Shown: piece by piece, positions 60,696-64,000 of the stretch
Numbering within the stretch: position 1 is the first letter of the stretch
Layout: every line of letters begins with the position of its first letter
Source: Mobula hypostoma
Lineage: Eukaryota
Assembly (NCBI RefSeq): GCF_963921235.1
Contig: NC_086118.1
Span: 21,392,001-21,456,000, forward strand
DNA length: 64,000 nt
Reading direction: 5' to 3'
Position numbers and translations under genes: made by a program
Notes under the pieces: model-generated
Told to the model about the DNA's origin: nothing
Database searches by the model: none
What the model saw: only the letters and a program-made list of their open reading frames with translations

Positions 60696-60710
60696 CCAAT
60701 AGGTGGCGCT
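60696..60710 (+). promoter_or_regulatory. Candidate CTCF site in METRNL intron 2
   Basis: CCAATAGGTGGCGCT against the CTCF core CCASYAGRKGGCRS (one mismatch), in AT-rich non-repeat DNA. Confidence 0.55.
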
Positions 60711-61989
60711 TTCACATCAGACTGTTTTGAAGTAATTGCTGGTCAAACCGGTTGTGTTTCAACAATGAAATATGATTAATAGCTTCCTGCACAAACCCAA
60801 TTAGAAATTCAGTCAAATTTACAAAAACATAAATGGATGAATTGTTCGAGCATAAACTTGTTTCAGATAGTAAGTCTTTAGGAAAATTGCTTCCAAGTGG
60901 AAACTTGGCTTTCTGCATCTGCTGTTTTCAAAAGCAGTAACTCATATTTGTCACATATAACTATATGCTTTACTTTCCATAAATTGCCCTTCCAGTGAGC
61001 AAAGACAAGTTTTGTACACTTCCTTTATGGTATCTGAATAGGGACGAGGACTTTGGGAATGAGTGTTCTGTTCCCAATTCACCGTGGTGGGGAAAGCAGT
61101 ACTCAAAGTGCTCTGAAGTGCAGTGTAAGACTGAAGTATGGGGGGCTATTTAATCCAAGTCAGGAAATGAAAATTATTTAGTGCTGTTGCCAAGCAGCTT
61201 GAAATGGTTTTATTCCAAAATGAATGAATTGTTCAATGTAGCTCTTGACATCTGTTTGTATCTAATAGAACCAGATCTAAAGTGGGAAGCTTCTCAGTTC
61301 ATCATGTGTCCGTTTGAGAGCTGATCTTAAGTATTTATAACACACACACTTAGACTTGCCTTGGTATAATTAATATAACTTGTAAAATGCTTTCTAATCA
61401 TTTCAGTTTTAATGTGGGTTCAATGAGATTACCATCCTGGGCCATGTCATTAAATCGGCCGCTGTCTATATCCTTGTGCTAGTGACTGAGATCTGCCTTT
61501 GCAGAGTCAGGCTATGTGATGGGTAACTTTCAAGAAAGTGTGGTGTTAAAGAAGGAAAGGTAACAGGGATTAGTGGTGGAAAGTGGCTTGAGGTGGAAGA
61601 TCAGCCATGATATAATAAGTATAAGGGGCAGAATGGCCTCCTATTTCTTTTGTTTTTAATGTAAACTCTTGGGTGAACAGTATATTGGAAAAGTAAATTC
61701 AAATTAAGTTCAATATGAAACGTTTATTCAGTTTATACTAAAGTGTCTGTAAAGAATTTACAGACTTTTGTATGGAATCAGTCATGTCTTTCTTTGCCAT
61801 TGCTAGGAAGATGGTCAAACCATGTGTATTTTTTTGTATTTCAACACATCAGCTTTCTGCTTGTTTTGTCACCTTAATGTGGTTATTAATGGTCACATTT
61901 TTATTACAGGAGACAGTTACAAAAAACAAGTTTCCTTGCTGTCAGGAACAGCTATAATTTGGTCAATGTGAGTTAATCATATTTACCTC

Positions 61990-63570
61990 ATGCCCATTTT
62001 TGAGGTCCACCACAGGGTAGATTCAACACCACATTTACCAGCATTACAAACATGACACTATCTGCATCCCTGAGTTCTTCTGATATGCCCTCCCTTTCCC
62101 ATAGAGATGAGGTGATGAATCTTTTAATTGAAGTTCCTCCCCGCCAGGCTTCGGAATTGAAACAGGTATATACATCATCACCTGAGGCCTGGTTGATCAG
62201 GTAGAGCTTTTTCAACAACTTTTTCAACTTGTTGGTCAAGGATGGTGGCAAGGCTGGACTATGATGTTTGCTGTGAGTTGGGCTCATGGTTAGCAGTGAG
62301 ATGTTGGGCCGCTTCTCTCTTTCTGCCAACATCTGTTCTTCAGGCCACAGGTTTTCTGTTGCACCTTGGCCTTCAGGCGTTTGTCAAGCTGTCTGTTTAT
62401 CTCAGTCAATGAGACGCATCCATCTGCTATAAGGAAAGTTATCAGCAGTGGTTGAAGAGTTGTGGGCTTGAAGAGGAATGTAGGCAACAGCACTGACCAT
62501 TGACCATGGCCACTTTTGTCCTCACTAAAGGCTTTGATTCTGTAAATTGAAAAACACTCTTCTGAAGTTTGGATGCTTGCAGAAATTCCCCTCCATTCTA
62601 GATTTGCATCATTCAGAAAGGGGGTCACCTTGCATGGTTACTTGAGTTGCCAAATGCAGACCTCCTTGAATATGCAGGCATTCGGAGACGGGGCTCATTC
62701 ATGCAAGTATGTGTCTTACACTTGAAGACAAAGATCATCCACCGATGTTTTTTCCCTTCCTGTCCCCACATCCACTGCTTGCATGACAGCACCTTTTGGT
62801 CACAAGAATCCTGTGACTGGAGTCTGGAAAAAATGCACATCTTTCCACTCTTTGGGAGCTCTCTCCAAGAAGTCAGATGTCAACAACAGAATTAGCTGTT
62901 GCTTTCAGTACACCAGTGTGGACCAGCTGTCTGAGGGAAAGTGGGCTTGAAGACTAGCACTTAAACACGGTAAAAAAGAAACGCTGATTGCTTACCAGGC
63001 AGCCCCTGTGATTTCATAGATGAAGAATACCTGTAGCAAATACTATCAATTCAACAAATCCACTTACAGGATAAGGAAAACCAATGTCCGTGTCTTCTAT
63101 CAGGACAGCATCTCCAGGAATGAGGCCATAGTTATATGCAGTTGACTCCATTGTGCAGCAGTTTGCTGCATTCTCAATACCAGATTCCCAAAACAGGCAT
63201 TCTAATTCAGAGCTCTGTCACAGGAAGATACTGCCAAGATGACAGCAGAAAATTTAAGGCTAACCGTGGACCTCCTTTGGAAAAAATGCAAACTCCCCAC
63301 TAAGTTCTGGAAATCTCTGGCCAATGCCTACTTAAAGAAGAGGCGTACTATTCAGGTTGGCACTGAGAACCTTTTATCCAATAGCTGAGCTCCGAGAAGC
63401 CCTGCATAAATAGAGTAAGGAGTATAACACCCAAACTGTTCACCTACCTGTCCTGTCAAGCAGGTCGTGTATTGTGAGTCCCACACTGACCTCTTCACTC
63501 TTCTCAGAATGCACTGAACTGGAGTAGAACATGTTACCTCTGATCCTGAGGACTTCCCAAGATGGGAAAG
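61990..63570. mobile_element. Old RTE-like LINE; about 61990-62625 on -, about 62700-63570 on +
   Basis: Minus part: LKAKVQQKT, NQASGDD and LWEREGISEELRDA. Plus part: LKTKIIH, FPLFGS and RFPKQAF.SELC-type C-terminal remnants. Confidence 0.55.
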
Positions 63571-63887
63571 AACTGTGAAAGCATATCATTGGCTGAGTTT
63601 GAGATGTCTTAAGGACTTGATAGGTGCTACAGAAATGAAAGTTTATTTATTCTCTTCCTTACTTTCACTCCTCGGATATCAATTGCTAACTATCATCATC
63701 AGTGTTCGGTGGGAACCTAACCAATCTTTCCATCTTCTCACTAAGGACAATATGGGGCTTTCATCATAATTGGGTTTTACTTAACAAGATCTCCCTGATG
63801 TAGTATATTTTGGTTGGAGAGTCTTTTGTGGTAATTAAAGAAGAAATACTGTATACTATTGAAATTTTCACCGAACACCAGAAAGAA

Positions 63888-63951
63888 GAGAAAAGACTTT
63901 TCCATAGATGCTGCCTGGCCTGCTGAGTTCCTCCAGCATTTTGTGTGTGTT
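63888..63951 (+). mobile_element. Very short Penelope-repeat insertion
   Basis: Perfect 11-bp TSD ACCAGAAAGAA (63877-63887 and 63952-63962). Confidence 0.8.
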
Positions 63952-64000
63952 ACCAGAAAGAAACTTGCATCAAACAGAAAGGGCTCTTGAAACTTGGAGC

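Noticed and set aside
10570..63951. Recurring about 130-bp repeat as a CRISPR array or tRNA-derived SINE
   Set aside because: It is dispersed in both orientations with no regular spacers and no A/B boxes. It is linked to Penelope GIY-YIG remnants.
59782..64000. METRNL exon 3 (PCRPCS...CTSDF)
   Set aside because: Searched by eye and not found; probably beyond the window.

Overview
This is vertebrate genomic DNA, not a microbial locus. The repeat content points to a cartilaginous fish, probably a ray (inference). Two spliced genes lie head-to-head. B3GNTL1/QTGAL is on the minus strand with three coding exons visible (22569-22709, 18069-18185, 5971-6070) and runs off the left edge. METRNL is on the plus strand (exons 56848-56945 and 59396-59781) and presumably continues past the right edge. 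Most of the rest is decayed transposon sequence: CR1, Rex1/Babar-like and RTE LINEs, a Buster/Charlie hAT element, a Gypsy LTR element with its TSD, Tc1-like MITEs, V-SINE and Deu-SINE relics, and a (GGGGA)n tract. Nearly all ORFs in the supplied track are spurious or transposon fragments. The most striking hidden signal is a dispersed Penelope-like terminal repeat carrying a minimal type I hammerhead ribozyme motif (AGTC-CTGATGA-A-stem II-GAAAC-GTC-GACT). About 15 copies occur on both strands, one fully intact at 55234-55269, often as fold-back pairs. A second Penelope family has its own decayed hammerhead. Penelope-linked hammerheads are known in general; I cannot tell without a search whether these families are described. 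Other notable items are a three-layer nested insertion, a 154-bp about 96%-identical inverted repeat in a QTGAL intron, and candidate regulatory motifs. All identifications are by eye, and repeat boundaries are approximate unless a TSD or TIR is quoted.
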